This document shows, piece after piece, positions 38,045 through 48,381 of a stretch of 64,000 bases of DNA (position 1 is the stretch's first letter; each line of letters opens with the position of its first letter). The position numbers and the translations under genes were made by a program. The stretch comes from Bacilli bacterium. Lineage in GTDB: Bacteria > Bacillota_I > Bacilli_A > RF39 > UBA660. Below the pieces are notes generated by a model. The model searched no databases and was not told where the DNA came from. It saw only the letters and a program-made list of their open reading frames with translations. The stretch lies in assembly GCA_017544165.1 (NCBI GenBank), contig JAFYER010000012.1, positions 131,538 to 195,537 on the forward strand, given 5' to 3'.

Positions 38045-39946
38045 TTATTCCTTTCTAAAAGAGTCCTCTAAGGTGAAATCGACATTTTCATTGATCCATT
38101 CTTTTCTTGGTTCAACTTTATCACCCATTAAAACTGACACCCTTTTTTCAGCTAAAGCAGCATCAGTAATACTTACTTTAATTAAACTTCTTGTTTCTGG
38201 ACACATTGTAGTTTCGTAAAGCTCATCTGAGTTCATTTCTCCTAAACCTTTAAAACGTTGAACCTTATATGTTCCTTTAATAGTTTTCTTTTTTTCTTCT
38301 AATTCTTCATCAGTAGCCACATATTCTTTATATTTACCAAAATCTAAGGCATATAAAGGAGGATTTGCTATATAAAGCATTCCGTTTTCAATAAGGGGTC
38401 TCATGAAACGATAGAAAAACGTAAGTAAAAGAGTTTGAATATGAGCTCCATCATCATCGGCATCAGTCATAATAATGATTTTACCATAATTGCTATCTTT
38501 TGGATCAAATTCATTTCCAATACCTGCGCCAATTGCATAAATAAGGGTATTTAACTCTTCATTTGCATGAATATCATTACTTGAGGCTTTTTCACAATTT
38601 AAAACTTTTCCTCTTAAAGGAAGAATTGCTTGTGTTTCTCTATTTCTTCCCGTTTTAGCACTACCACCGGCTGAATCTCCCTCGACTAAGAATAGTTCAT
38701 TTTTTTCGTTATTTTTACCAGTAGCCTTGGCAAGTTTTCCACTTAATACTTTTTCTTTCTTTTCTTTACCTTTACCACTTCGAACTAGTTCACGAGCCTT
38801 TCGTGCCGCATCTCTTGCTTCCATCGATTTAGTTGCTTTATCAATAATATTTAAAGCAACTTCTCTATTTTCCTCGAGAAAGAACTTCATTTGTTCATAT
38901 GTAATACTTTCCGTAATGCTTCTAGCTTCAGGCGTACCAAGTTTAGCTTTAGTTTGGCCTTCGAATTGCAAAAGAGCTTCCGGTATTTTTAAACTAATAA
39001 CTGCAGATAAACCTTCCCGAACATCAGAGCCATCAAAAAGTGTCCCTTTTCCTATATTATTATTCTTAGCATAATCATTAAATGCTTTGGTAAGACCTGT
39101 TTTAAATCCAACTTCATGCGAACCACCATCAGGAGTTTTAACATTGTTTACAAATGATAAAATATTCTCATTATAAGTATCCGTATATTGAAGGGCAACA
39201 CTTACCTCAATACCATTTTTTACATTATTAAAACTTATGATATTACAAAGGGGATTTTTATCCTCGTTAATATATTCGATAAAACTATTTAAACCATTTT
39301 CATAAAAATACTTTTCTGTTTTATCTTCTTCTTCATCAACTACCTCAATAGTAAGACCAGAGATTAAAAAAGCACTTTCTTGCATTCTTTCACAAATTGT
39401 CGTATATGAAAAACTTGCTCCTTTAAAAACTTCATAATCAGGCATAAATGTTACAGTAGTTCCTGTTTTTTTACTTTCGCCGACCTGTTTTAAAGGAATA
39501 TCAACCTTACCACCATCTTCGAAACGAATATTTGATATTTTACCATCACGGTAAATAACAACATCCATATACTTACTTAGTGCATTAACAACAGAGGCAC
39601 CAACACCATGAAGACCTCCAGAAACTTTATAACCAGATTCGGTAAATTTTCCTCCTGCATGCAAAATAGTGTAAATAACTTCAGGAGTTGATTTACCACT
39701 TTCATGCATTCCTATAGGAACACCACGGCCATTATCACTTATTGTAATACTGCCATTTTTATTTAATACTACTTTAATATAGTCACCATAGCCATTTATT
39801 ACTTCATCTATTGCATTATCGACAATTTCCCATACGAGATGATGTAATCCTCTTTTATCAGTAGAGCCTATATACATACCAGGTCTTTTGCGTACTGCTT
39901 CTAGTCCTTCAAGTATTTTAATTGATGTTTCATCGTAAACTGCCAT
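38045..39946 (-). CDS. parE: DNA topoisomerase IV subunit B
   Basis: GHKL ATPase motifs (N-terminal ATPase region), a TOPRIM domain with EGDSAGG, and PLRGK. It sits immediately upstream of parC. Confidence 0.75.
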   Translation of the reverse strand: MAVYDETSIKILEGLEAVRKRPGMYIGSTDKRGLHHLVWEIVDNAIDEVINGYGDYIKVVLNKNGSITISDNGRGVPIGMHESGKSTPEVIYTILHAGGKFTESGYKVSGGLHGVGASVVNALSKYMDVVIYRDGKISNIRFEDGGKVDIPLKQVGESKKTGTTVTFMPDYEVFKGASFSYTTICERMQESAFLISGLTIEVVDEEEDKTEKYFYENGLNSFIEYINEDKNPLCNIISFNNVKNGIEVSVALQYTDTYNENILSFVNNVKTPDGGSHEVGFKTGLTKAFNDYAKNNNIGKGTLFDGSDVREGLSAVISLKIPEALLQFEGQTKAKLGTPEARSITESITYEQMKFFLEENREVALNIIDKATKSMEARDAARKARELVRSGKGKEKKEKVLSGKLAKATGKNNEKNELFLVEGDSAGGSAKTGRNRETQAILPLRGKVLNCEKASSNDIHANEELNTLIYAIGAGIGNEFDPKDSNYGKIIIMTDADDDGAHIQTLLLTFFYRFMRPLIENGMLYIANPPLYALDFGKYKEYVATDEELEEKKKTIKGTYKVQRFKGLGEMNSDELYETTMCPETRSLIKVSITDAALAEKRVSVLMGDKVEPRKEWINENVDFTLEDSFRKE

Positions 39947-40004
39947 ACAATCACCTTAACTTATTATAATTAAAAAAGAAGATTTTTGCAATCTTCTTGA
40001 CATA

Positions 40005-40760
40005 TTACTTTAACCTTGGTAACTCAATTTCCACAGTTTCATCAAACATTATAGGATCTTTCTTAGGAGCATATACTGAACTAAATACTTCATTAACGAC
40101 CTCTGTTTTTTTAACTTCCGTTGGTTTTACCTCTTCAACGTTTTCTACTGTAGGCATAGAAATAGGTGGTTCAATAGTTTCATTTAAAACTGGTTTTACC
40201 ATTTTATTTTCTAATTCATTTAAATCTTTATCGATGTTCTCTGTTATTTCTTCATATTTAGCCTGAGCAGCTTTATAACCTTCTTCTTCCTCAGGTAATT
40301 GAATTATATCAGGTATAGCTGGTTGTTCTACTTTTACTTCGGGCTCTACTGTTTTTTCAATAACCGGTTCTACTTTTTTAACCTCAGGAGTATTTATAAT
40401 AGGTTCTTCATTAATAACCGGCGCTACTACCTCTTCTTTAATAGGTTCAATCATAGGTTGTTCTGGTATTACTGGTTTTATTTCTTCCTTAACAGCCTCG
40501 TTAGTAACAGGTACATTTTCTTGAGTAACTACCGGTTCAACTTTAGGAGTTTCAACTGAAGTTGGCATTGAAACTTCACTAAATGCATTATTCTCAACTG
40601 TATCTAGCTTCTTAGTTTCTTCTAGTCTTTCTTTATCTTTTTTTCCTAACATATAAACAACAAAAAAGGTGATTAGTAAAACAATTATTACTATTCCTAA
40701 GTATAAAGGAAAATTAGGATTTGAATATAGATTTTGAATAAAATCCTTCACTAGAAACAC
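40005..40760 (-). CDS. membrane-anchored Pro/Glu/Val-rich repetitive protein
   Basis: N-terminal TM helix, then degenerate (E/K)P(V/I)xxx repeats, e.g. EVKKVEPVIEKTVEPEVKVEQP. Confidence 0.5.
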   Translation of the reverse strand: MFLVKDFIQNLYSNPNFPLYLGIVIIVLLITFFVVYMLGKKDKERLEETKKLDTVENNAFSEVSMPTSVETPKVEPVVTQENVPVTNEAVKEEIKPVIPEQPMIEPIKEEVVAPVINEEPIINTPEVKKVEPVIEKTVEPEVKVEQPAIPDIIQLPEEEEGYKAAQAKYEEITENIDKDLNELENKMVKPVLNETIEPPISMPTVENVEEVKPTEVKKTEVVNEVFSSVYAPKKDPIMFDETVEIELPRLK

Positions 40761-40807
40761 CTCTTTATTCTAAGTTTAATTTTAACATTAAAAATTATAA
40801 AATGCAA

Positions 40808-41650
40808 TTAGATTAGCATTATTTTTGCTCGATAATACGTTTCTTCCTTTTCATAAATTGCTATTTCCTTATTGTTCTTAATTAATATTACATATTTACT
40901 ATCACATTTTATTGTTATTTTATTCCCATTTTTTACTTTATTATATTCCTCTTCGCCAAGTTCGTAGACTGGGAAGTCTAAAACATCTCGAGCATTTAGT
41001 ATTTTATAGTTTCCTTTTTCAATATCCTTTATAGTGAAACTATCATTTATTGAAAAATTACCTTGTTTTGTTCTTTCTAAATCACTCATTGTACCAATTA
41101 TATTTAAATTATCACATATTTTTTGAATTAAACTGCGAATATAAGTACCTTTACTGACAGTTGTTTTGAATTTAATATATTCAGCATCAAAATCTAATAA
41201 TTCCATACTATATATTTCAATTTCATTTTCTGGCAAAACTATATTTTTGTTTTCTCGTGCGTATTCATATAATTTCTTACCATTTATTTTCTTAGCCGAA
41301 TATTTAGGAATTATTTGCTTTTGTTTTCCCAAAAGATCATTAAATACAATTTCTATATTCTCTGTTGATATTTTAGGAATATCTCTTGATTCTATAATTG
41401 TTCCTGTAATATCTAAAGTGTCAGTTTTAATACCAAGTTTAATCATAGCTACATATTCCTTTTTTAAAGAAGATAACATATCAACTAACTTTGTATATTT
41501 ACCCATACACATAACAAGTACCCCAGTAGCTATTGGATCAAGAGTACCGGTATGGCCAATTTTTTTCATACCAAAAATATGGTTAAGTTCATTAACCATA
41601 TCTCTACTTGTTTTATCTTTCGTTTTATTTAAGAGTAATATTCCCTCCAT
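40808..41650 (-). CDS. truB: tRNA pseudouridine(55) synthase
   Basis: LLLNKTKDKTSRDMVNELNHIFGMKKIGHTGTLDPIATGVL, containing the catalytic Asp motif GTLDP. Confidence 0.85.
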   Translation of the reverse strand: MEGILLLNKTKDKTSRDMVNELNHIFGMKKIGHTGTLDPIATGVLVMCMGKYTKLVDMLSSLKKEYVAMIKLGIKTDTLDITGTIIESRDIPKISTENIEIVFNDLLGKQKQIIPKYSAKKINGKKLYEYARENKNIVLPENEIEIYSMELLDFDAEYIKFKTTVSKGTYIRSLIQKICDNLNIIGTMSDLERTKQGNFSINDSFTIKDIEKGNYKILNARDVLDFPVYELGEEEYNKVKNGNKITIKCDSKYVILIKNNKEIAIYEKEETYYRAKIMLI

Positions 41651-42269
41651 CTGAAATATCCCTTTCTTCTTTTCTTACTAATTTAATAAAACGAATAACT
41701 CTATTATCTAAATCAGATGAATCTTTAATTTCATAACCCATATTGCGTAATGCTGACCAAATGTCACCATCCTTAGCATAAGTATGAACCTCAAGTCTTT
41801 CAACACTTGGAAACATTTTACATGCTAAATGTTCATAATACTCGAGTATTTTGGAATAAATACCATATCTTAAACGAATGCTTGACTCCGGATCATCCTC
41901 TAATTTATCGCCGTTTTTAATAATTATATCTGTAATAAATGGTTTAAATTCACCAGTTTCAGGTTCTTGATTTATTACCATTGTCGTGTGAGCAATTAGA
42001 TATTTATTATCGTTTTCTAAAGTGATTATTCTTGATGTAAAATCATCATAAGCAAGTTCCAAACTTTTAAGCGCATTTTCATAATTTATATCAAGTTTTT
42101 TTAAAACTTCAGTTGCCCGTCCTCTTCTTGGACCGGAAATTAGTCTATTTAATGCTACGCTTCTAAGTGGGCTTATTGCCCTTCCATGCACTTTTTCACT
42201 CTCTTCATAGTAATCTTCGGCTAACCTACAATAATCCTTTGCGTTAGCACTACTATATTTTAATTGCAT
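41625..42269 (-). CDS. hypothetical protein (occupies the rbfA-truB interval)
   Basis: 214-aa ORF overlapping the truB start by 26 nt. No recognisable family. Confidence 0.45.
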   Translation of the reverse strand: MQLKYSSANAKDYCRLAEDYYEESEKVHGRAISPLRSVALNRLISGPRRGRATEVLKKLDINYENALKSLELAYDDFTSRIITLENDNKYLIAHTTMVINQEPETGEFKPFITDIIIKNGDKLEDDPESSIRLRYGIYSKILEYYEHLACKMFPSVERLEVHTYAKDGDIWSALRNMGYEIKDSSDLDNRVIRFIKLVRKEERDISDGGNITLK

Positions 42270-42287
42270 ATTTCCCCCTATAAAAAA

Positions 42288-42626
42288 CTATTTATGTAAA
42301 TTTTCAATAACTTTTTCAATTCTATTGGCATACTCAATTGATGTATCATATTCAAATCTTAAAAGTGGTGTATTACGAATTTCCATCATATTTGCAAGTT
42401 TGCCTCTTATGAATGAGGATGCTTCATTTACTTCTTTTTCAATTTCTTTTTGTGATAAATCACTAAATGAAGTAAAATACACTTTACAAAAACTTAAATC
42501 ATGAGCAAGTTTACATCCTGTAATCGTAATTGTTTTTAAAAGCTCATCTGATGTTTCTCTTTGAATTATCATCGGAATATATTTTTCGATATCCCTTTCA
42601 ATTCTTTTTACATTGTAATTAGCCAC
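42288..42626 (-). CDS. rbfA: ribosome-binding factor A
   Basis: RIERDIEKYIPMIIQRE..D..L..ITIT.CKL..DLSFCKVYF is the RbfA KH-like fold signature. The gene directly follows infB. Confidence 0.8.
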   Translation of the reverse strand: MANYNVKRIERDIEKYIPMIIQRETSDELLKTITITGCKLAHDLSFCKVYFTSFSDLSQKEIEKEVNEASSFIRGKLANMMEIRNTPLLRFEYDTSIEYANRIEKVIENLHK

Positions 42627-44727
42627 GTTTTACCTCTTGTAATTCATAGATTTGAACAATATCATTTTCTTTAAAGTCATCATATTTTTCTAAAGTAAGA
42701 CCACATTCAAATCCCTTTTTAACTTCTTTAACACTGTCTTTTCCCCTTTGAAGAGCAGCAATATTTGTATCGCACATTACAGTTCCATCACGAATAACTC
42801 TTGCTTTAGCATTCGCTTTAACTAAACCATCTTTAACATAACATCCGGCGATATTACCAATTTTAGAAAATCTAAATAATTGTCTTATTTCAAGTTCACC
42901 TAAAATCTTTTCTTCATATTCCGGATCAAGCATACCTTTTAAAGCAAGTTCCATATCCTCGACTAATTTATAAATAATTGTGTATAGACGAATTTCAATA
43001 TCATATTCTTTCGCCATTTCTTTGGCACCAGGTGAAGCAATAACATTAAATCCTAATACTATCGCTTTTGAGGCACTAGCTAAAACAATATCGCTTTCAC
43101 TAATAGGTCCAATACCACTGCGGATTACTTTAACGTGGACATCCTCAACTTTAATCTTTTCAAGAGCACTTTTAACAGCCTCTTCGGAGCCACGTACGTC
43201 AGCTTTTAAGACAACATCAATTTCTTTTTGGCCACTACTAACTCTTTCAAATAAATCATCTAAAGAAAGCGTTTCTTTTTTATAACTATTTTTAGCAGCT
43301 TGTTCTTTTCTTTTGGCAGCTACTTCTTTAACTTCCTCAAGGGTTTCAAATGCCATAAATTTGTCGCCTGCTTTAGGATTGTCATTAAGTCCAGTAATCT
43401 CAACAGGGGTCGATGGTCCAGCCTCAACAATTGATTCACCTAAATCATTTTTCATTGTTCTAATCTTACCATAAGTTGTTCCTACCGCTACCGGATCACC
43501 AATTCGAAGTGTACCATTTTGGATTAAGAATGAGGCAACCCCACCAACATTTTTATCAAGTCTTTCTTCGATAACAGCTCCTAGAGCATAACGATTTGGA
43601 TTAGCTCTTAAATTACTTACTTCACTAATAGCAAGAAGTGTTTCTAACAAATTATCAACGCCTTCGCCAGTTTTAGCAGAAATGTTGATAAATGGCACAT
43701 CTCCTCCCCAACTTTCAGGCGTAATATTAAGTTCAGCCATTTCCGTATAAATACGGTCTATATTAGCATCGGGTTTATCGATTTTATTAACCGCTACAAC
43801 GATAGGTACTTTGGCTGATAGTGCATGATCTATTGCTTCCTTTGTCTGAGGCATTACTCCGTCATCAGCGGCTACAATAATGATAACAATATCCGTTACA
43901 CTTGCACCCCTAGCACGCATTTGCGTAAAGGCAGCATGACCTGGAGTATCTATAAATGTAAGTTTTTGACCATTATATTCAATTTGATAAGCACCAATTG
44001 CTTGAGTTATACCACCAAATTCGGAATCGACAATTCTTGATTTACGAATATAATCTAAAAGAGTTGTTTTTCCATGATCAACATGGCCCATTATCGTAAT
44101 TATTGGTGGACGTGGTAATAAATCTTCCTCTTTATCAACTATTTCATAATTTTCAAAATTCGATACATCTTGGCTTTCTTCTCTTTTTAATACCTTGCCA
44201 AAATCAAGAGCAACTATCTCAGCATTTTCAAAATCAATTGATTGGTTGATATTAAGCATTAAACCTAAGCTAATTAATTTCTTTAGAATATCATTATTTT
44301 GAACATCTAAAGCACTAGCAAGTTCAGATACTGTCATATTATCATGATATAGAACAATATTTTCATCAGTGCTATTACCCATCAATTTTGATTTATGCTT
44401 GTACATCTCTTTTTTTAGATTTTTGAAATCTTTAGATTCTTTGACACTATCTTTCTTTTTTAACTTTTGTTTACTAGTTGAATTTGAAGTAGTCTTATCA
44501 ATATTTTCGCTTTCTAAAACAGCTTCGACTACTTCATCGATAGCATCTTCTTCCTCATAAGTTGTCTCTTTATCAGTGCTTATAAGATTTAAAGTATTAT
44601 CAAGAATAATGATATCATCATCACTTAAAACTGTTTCACTATCAGCTTTAATACCCATTTCTTGGCATTGCTTTAAAACTGCTGCTACTGACAAACCAAC
44701 ATCTTTGGCATAATCTTTTACGTTCAT
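42619..44727 (-). CDS. infB: translation initiation factor IF-2
   Basis: GTPase domain GHVDHGKTTLLD, DTPGH and NKID motifs, plus C-terminal beta-barrel domains. Confidence 0.9.
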   Translation of the reverse strand: MNVKDYAKDVGLSVAAVLKQCQEMGIKADSETVLSDDDIIILDNTLNLISTDKETTYEEEDAIDEVVEAVLESENIDKTTSNSTSKQKLKKKDSVKESKDFKNLKKEMYKHKSKLMGNSTDENIVLYHDNMTVSELASALDVQNNDILKKLISLGLMLNINQSIDFENAEIVALDFGKVLKREESQDVSNFENYEIVDKEEDLLPRPPIITIMGHVDHGKTTLLDYIRKSRIVDSEFGGITQAIGAYQIEYNGQKLTFIDTPGHAAFTQMRARGASVTDIVIIIVAADDGVMPQTKEAIDHALSAKVPIVVAVNKIDKPDANIDRIYTEMAELNITPESWGGDVPFINISAKTGEGVDNLLETLLAISEVSNLRANPNRYALGAVIEERLDKNVGGVASFLIQNGTLRIGDPVAVGTTYGKIRTMKNDLGESIVEAGPSTPVEITGLNDNPKAGDKFMAFETLEEVKEVAAKRKEQAAKNSYKKETLSLDDLFERVSSGQKEIDVVLKADVRGSEEAVKSALEKIKVEDVHVKVIRSGIGPISESDIVLASASKAIVLGFNVIASPGAKEMAKEYDIEIRLYTIIYKLVEDMELALKGMLDPEYEEKILGELEIRQLFRFSKIGNIAGCYVKDGLVKANAKARVIRDGTVMCDTNIAALQRGKDSVKEVKKGFECGLTLEKYDDFKENDIVQIYELQEVKRG

Positions 44728-44756
44728 TTTTCATCCACCTTTCTTATTTTTCTTAA

Positions 44757-45296
44757 TTATTTTTTTATTCTTGTCAACAATTGTTCCTTTTTTTCTTCAT
44801 TTAAGTTTGTAAATAAACTTTCAAAAATAACTTCTTCGATATCTCTTCCTTCATATTTTTGAATTTCTATTTCTGAAGCCATTGATATTTCTTTAGAAAC
44901 ATCGGCATTATAATCACCATAATATATTACTTTTTTAATTCCTGCGTTGATTAGAGAATTCATACAATCTTTGCACGGAAATGTCGTTACATATATAGTG
45001 GCACCTTTTGTGGAAACACCATGTAAAGCTGCAAAAGCGATTGCATTTTGTTCAGCATGTGAAGCAGGACAAATCTCTAAAAACTTGCCAGAAGCAAAAT
45101 CAGGTTTTGCTCTTCTTACACAGCCACCTTTTTCCTCACAATGAGGAACACCTCTAGCAGGGCCATTATAACTAAAAGAAATGGGATTATCATCTTGAAT
45201 AATAACAGCGCCAACTTTTCTAGAAAGACATGTCGATCTGCTTGAAGCAAGCATTGCCATTGCCATATAATATTCTTCACGATTTGGTCTACTCAC
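44757..45296 (-). CDS. dCMP/cytidine deaminase-family protein (ComEB-like)
   Basis: Zn-deaminase motifs HAEQNAI and PCKDC. It is located between ylxR and infB, where L7Ae-like ylxQ usually sits. Confidence 0.7.
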   Translation of the reverse strand: MSRPNREEYYMAMAMLASSRSTCLSRKVGAVIIQDDNPISFSYNGPARGVPHCEEKGGCVRRAKPDFASGKFLEICPASHAEQNAIAFAALHGVSTKGATIYVTTFPCKDCMNSLINAGIKKVIYYGDYNADVSKEISMASEIEIQKYEGRDIEEVIFESLFTNLNEEKKEQLLTRIKK

Positions 45297-45549
45297 TTGC
45301 TACCTCCTTTAAAAGTTCCTCATAAACTATATCGGGAACTTTTACTTCTAAAAAGTTATCTAAAATTTTTGTTTTTTGAGCTTTTAAGATAACATCTTTA
45401 TCTTTTTTGACATAAGCGCCTTTACCATTAGCTTTACCACTTTTATCAAAAATAACATTACCTTCCGGAGTTCTTACGACTCTAAGTAATAATCTTTTTT
45501 CACATTTTTCTTTAGTAATTACGCAAGTTCTTAATGGAACTTTTTTCAT
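45289..45549 (-). CDS. YlxR/RnpM-family RNA-binding protein (DUF448)
   Basis: PLRTCVITKEK...LLRVV.....V..D..GK..GRGAY, the YlxR signature, immediately downstream of nusA. Confidence 0.75.
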   Translation of the reverse strand: MKKVPLRTCVITKEKCEKRLLLRVVRTPEGNVIFDKSGKANGKGAYVKKDKDVILKAQKTKILDNFLEVKVPDIVYEELLKEVASE

Positions 45550-46661
45550 TATTTATTACCTTCTTCATTAATTTGGCTTAATGATTTAATCTCAATATGA
45601 TAATGAGTAAGTCTTGAGGCAAGTTTAATATTGCTTCCCTTTTTACCAATAGCAAGTGATAGATTATCATCTGTTACAATTGCTAAGGCTTGCTTATTTT
45701 CAGTGTCTGTAATATTGACAATTACATCTTTCGCAGGAGCTAGAGCATTTTTAATAAATTCTTCATCATTTTCTGAATAAAGTACTAAATCTACTCTTTC
45801 ATTACCTAGTTCTTTTAAAATGCCTGCAATTCTAGAACCTCTTTCCCCAATACAAGCTCCGATTGGATCAACTTTTTCATTATTTGAATAAACCGCAACC
45901 TTACATCTAATACCTGGTTCTCTCACTACTTGATAAATTTCTATTGTTCCATTGATAATTTCAGGAATTTCTTGTTCAAATAATCTTTTGACAAAACCAT
46001 AATTCTTTCTAGAAAGCATAATAACAGGTCCTTTTGTACTGCTTTCAACTTTCGTAATATAAACTTTAATACTTGAACCCATTTTAATTTCTTCGTCAGG
46101 AATGATTTCAGTCTTAGGAAGAATTCCTCTTGTTCTACCTAAATCGATATAATAGTTTCTAGCATCTTCCATAGCTACCATTCCAACCATGATTTCGAAT
46201 TCTTTACCATTAAATTCTTCGATAATACTATTTTTTTCAGCTTCTCTAATTTTTTGCGTCAAAACTTGTTTAGCAGTACCCGCAGCTACTCTTCCAAAAT
46301 CTTTCGGAGTTACTTCAACTTGAATAGTATCGCCTACTTTGGCATCAGCTTTAATCTTAACAGCATCTTTCAAAAGAATTTGCGCATCGATGTTGATTTC
46401 TGGTGGAATATTTACAATATTTCCTTCTTCATCCTCAGTTTGTGTTCCTTCATCAATCTTATCGACAACTACTAGATATGAATAAACTTTAATCTCACCA
46501 GTTTCACGATTAATATCGACTAAGACATTAGTCTTGGAATCAAAATTTTTCTTATAAGCTGTTGTTAAAGCTAAAGTTAATCCTTCATAAATAATATCTT
46601 CGCTGATATTTTTCTCATCTACTATTGTTTTTACTGCATTAATAAGTGCTTTACTGTCCAT
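45549..46661 (-). CDS. nusA: transcription termination/antitermination factor NusA
   Basis: N-terminal RNAP-binding domain, S1 domain, and two KH domains with a GxxG motif (GKKGSN). Confidence 0.9.
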   Translation of the reverse strand: MDSKALINAVKTIVDEKNISEDIIYEGLTLALTTAYKKNFDSKTNVLVDINRETGEIKVYSYLVVVDKIDEGTQTEDEEGNIVNIPPEINIDAQILLKDAVKIKADAKVGDTIQVEVTPKDFGRVAAGTAKQVLTQKIREAEKNSIIEEFNGKEFEIMVGMVAMEDARNYYIDLGRTRGILPKTEIIPDEEIKMGSSIKVYITKVESSTKGPVIMLSRKNYGFVKRLFEQEIPEIINGTIEIYQVVREPGIRCKVAVYSNNEKVDPIGACIGERGSRIAGILKELGNERVDLVLYSENDEEFIKNALAPAKDVIVNITDTENKQALAIVTDDNLSLAIGKKGSNIKLASRLTHYHIEIKSLSQINEEGNK

Positions 46662-46665
46662 ATTC

Positions 46666-46911
46666 TTAACCTCTTTCCTTACTAGATATATCTAATATAT
46701 AACTATCACTTGTAAAATTTTCTTTATCGACTATTGGATTTACGATATGTGTAGCCTCGACAATCTCATCTAAATCGATACCACCTACTTTATCTAAGAT
46801 AATATTTAAAAAATTATATTTTCCTTTTTTTACATATTCAATACTATCTACAAATATTTCCATATCTGCGAGTTTTTCATTAATTTTTTCTTTAAGATGA
46901 TCAAAATTCAT
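46666..46911 (-). CDS. rimP: ribosome maturation factor RimP, N-terminal domain only (81 aa)
   Basis: The ...FLNIILDKVGGIDLDEI...YILDISSKERG* pattern aligns with the RimP N-domain, which ends ...YxLEVSSPG in B. subtilis. A stop follows immediately, 4 nt before nusA. Confidence 0.55.
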   Translation of the reverse strand: MNFDHLKEKINEKLADMEIFVDSIEYVKKGKYNFLNIILDKVGGIDLDEIVEATHIVNPIVDKENFTSDSYILDISSKERG

Positions 46912-47007
46912 TAAATCACTCCTTTTTTATAAATAAAAGTGGGATTTTTGTCCCACTTAAAATGTCATGCCTATTATAACATAATGAATTACTAGAGTAA
47001 AGAAAAA

Positions 47008-47517
47008 TTACTTAATAAAGCCATTTTGAACGACTTTTGTCTCATTTATCATTAAAAAGGCATTAGGTTCAGTATTTTTAATAATGTTTATAAGTTTCTT
47101 TAAGCTTTTTTTGTTAAGCTCAATAATTAACATTTCTTTTTTAATTTCATCATAATCATTATTAAGTGATACAATTGAAATACCATATCCATTTTGACGA
47201 ATTGCATTAATTAATGTTTCATTGTTCTTTTTAGTTATTACTTGTACGCACATAAGGCCACTTATAAAATGTTTAGATATAACAATACCTAGTAAAGTTC
47301 CGGTCGCAAAACCTGCAGAATATGCAAGTGGTATCCAAAAGGATTCAATATCAGTGTTTAGAGCCTGTCTTGCAACCATAAACCATATTAATACCTCGAA
47401 AAAAGCAATTATGGTGGCAAAAATTGTTTTACCCTTAACTGATAAAATAGTTCTTACGGTTCCTAAAGATACGTCAATTAACCTTGCACAAAATATTCCT
47501 ATACATAGCTTAAGCAT
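47008..47517 (-). CDS. UPF0316/DUF2179-family membrane protein
   Basis: 169 aa with an N-terminal membrane domain (DVSLGTVRTIL.VKG) and a C-terminal DUF2179-like soluble domain. Confidence 0.55.
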   Translation of the reverse strand: MLKLCIGIFCARLIDVSLGTVRTILSVKGKTIFATIIAFFEVLIWFMVARQALNTDIESFWIPLAYSAGFATGTLLGIVISKHFISGLMCVQVITKKNNETLINAIRQNGYGISIVSLNNDYDEIKKEMLIIELNKKSLKKLINIIKNTEPNAFLMINETKVVQNGFIK

Positions 47518-47551
47518 TTAAAACACATCCTTTTTCCATGTTTAATTATAC

Positions 47552-48331
47552 TCATTTAATAAGTTTACGCAACTTACTCAAAGCATTTTTCTCAATCCTT
47601 GACACCTGAGCTTGGGAAATATTTAATTTCCCCGCTATTTCTGATTGAGTCTTACCTATCACAAATCTTTCCATCAAAATATTTCTTTCTCTTATTGATA
47701 TTTTATTAAATGCTCGATGAAGAGAAATCATCATATCTTTATCAGTATTTAATTCTTTTTTATCTGCAATTTGATCCTCGAGATATATTGTGTCCCCTCC
47801 ATCATTAAAGATTGGTTCTGAAACACTCATTGGTTCTTTAAGGGAATCTAAAGCATAACCTACTTCATATTCACTGATTTTTAAGAAGCTTGCTATTTCG
47901 CTAGGACTAGGTTCTCTTCCATGCATATTGATATAGTCCTCTTTAAATTTTAAGATTTGATAAGCTATATCTTTAGTACTTCTTGAAACCCTAATTGGTG
48001 TATTATTATCTCTTAAATATTTTTTGATTTCCCCGACAATAAGGGGAACTCCATAAGTAGAAAGCTTTAAATTATAGGAAATATCAAAATTATCAATTGC
48101 CTTTATAAGGCCTACAACCCCTACTTGGAATAAATCATCTAAGTTGACATTTCTTTTATTAAACCTTTTTAAGATAGATAAAACTAACTTTAAATTACCA
48201 TTAACCAATTTTTCTTTAGCATCTTTATCTCCCTGCTGCATCTTTTTAAATAATTCAATGTTTTGTTTATGCGTAAGCGATTTAATTTCGCTCGTATTAA
48301 GTCCTGTTATATCAACCTTATAATTGCTCAT
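47552..48331 (-). CDS. sigG: RNA polymerase sporulation sigma factor SigG
   Basis: Near-collinear with B. subtilis SigG: KLVNGNLKLVLSILKRFN...DDLFQVGVVGLIKAIDNFD...PIRVSRS..DIAY...SQAQVSRIEK. Confidence 0.85.
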   Translation of the reverse strand: MSNYKVDITGLNTSEIKSLTHKQNIELFKKMQQGDKDAKEKLVNGNLKLVLSILKRFNKRNVNLDDLFQVGVVGLIKAIDNFDISYNLKLSTYGVPLIVGEIKKYLRDNNTPIRVSRSTKDIAYQILKFKEDYINMHGREPSPSEIASFLKISEYEVGYALDSLKEPMSVSEPIFNDGGDTIYLEDQIADKKELNTDKDMMISLHRAFNKISIRERNILMERFVIGKTQSEIAGKLNISQAQVSRIEKNALSKLRKLIK

Positions 48332-48381
48332 AAAAAAATCCTTTCGCTCTTATAGTGAATCAAAAAGGATTTTTCTATTCA

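Noticed and set aside
35547-39946. Possibility that the type IIA topoisomerase pair is gyrB-gyrA rather than parE-parC.
   Set aside because: The A-subunit C-terminal domain has no GyrA-box (QRRGGKG-like) motif, and the pair is not in the dnaA-dnaN-recF-gyrB-gyrA origin context. parE-parC is the more parsimonious call, though homology alone cannot fully exclude GyrBA.
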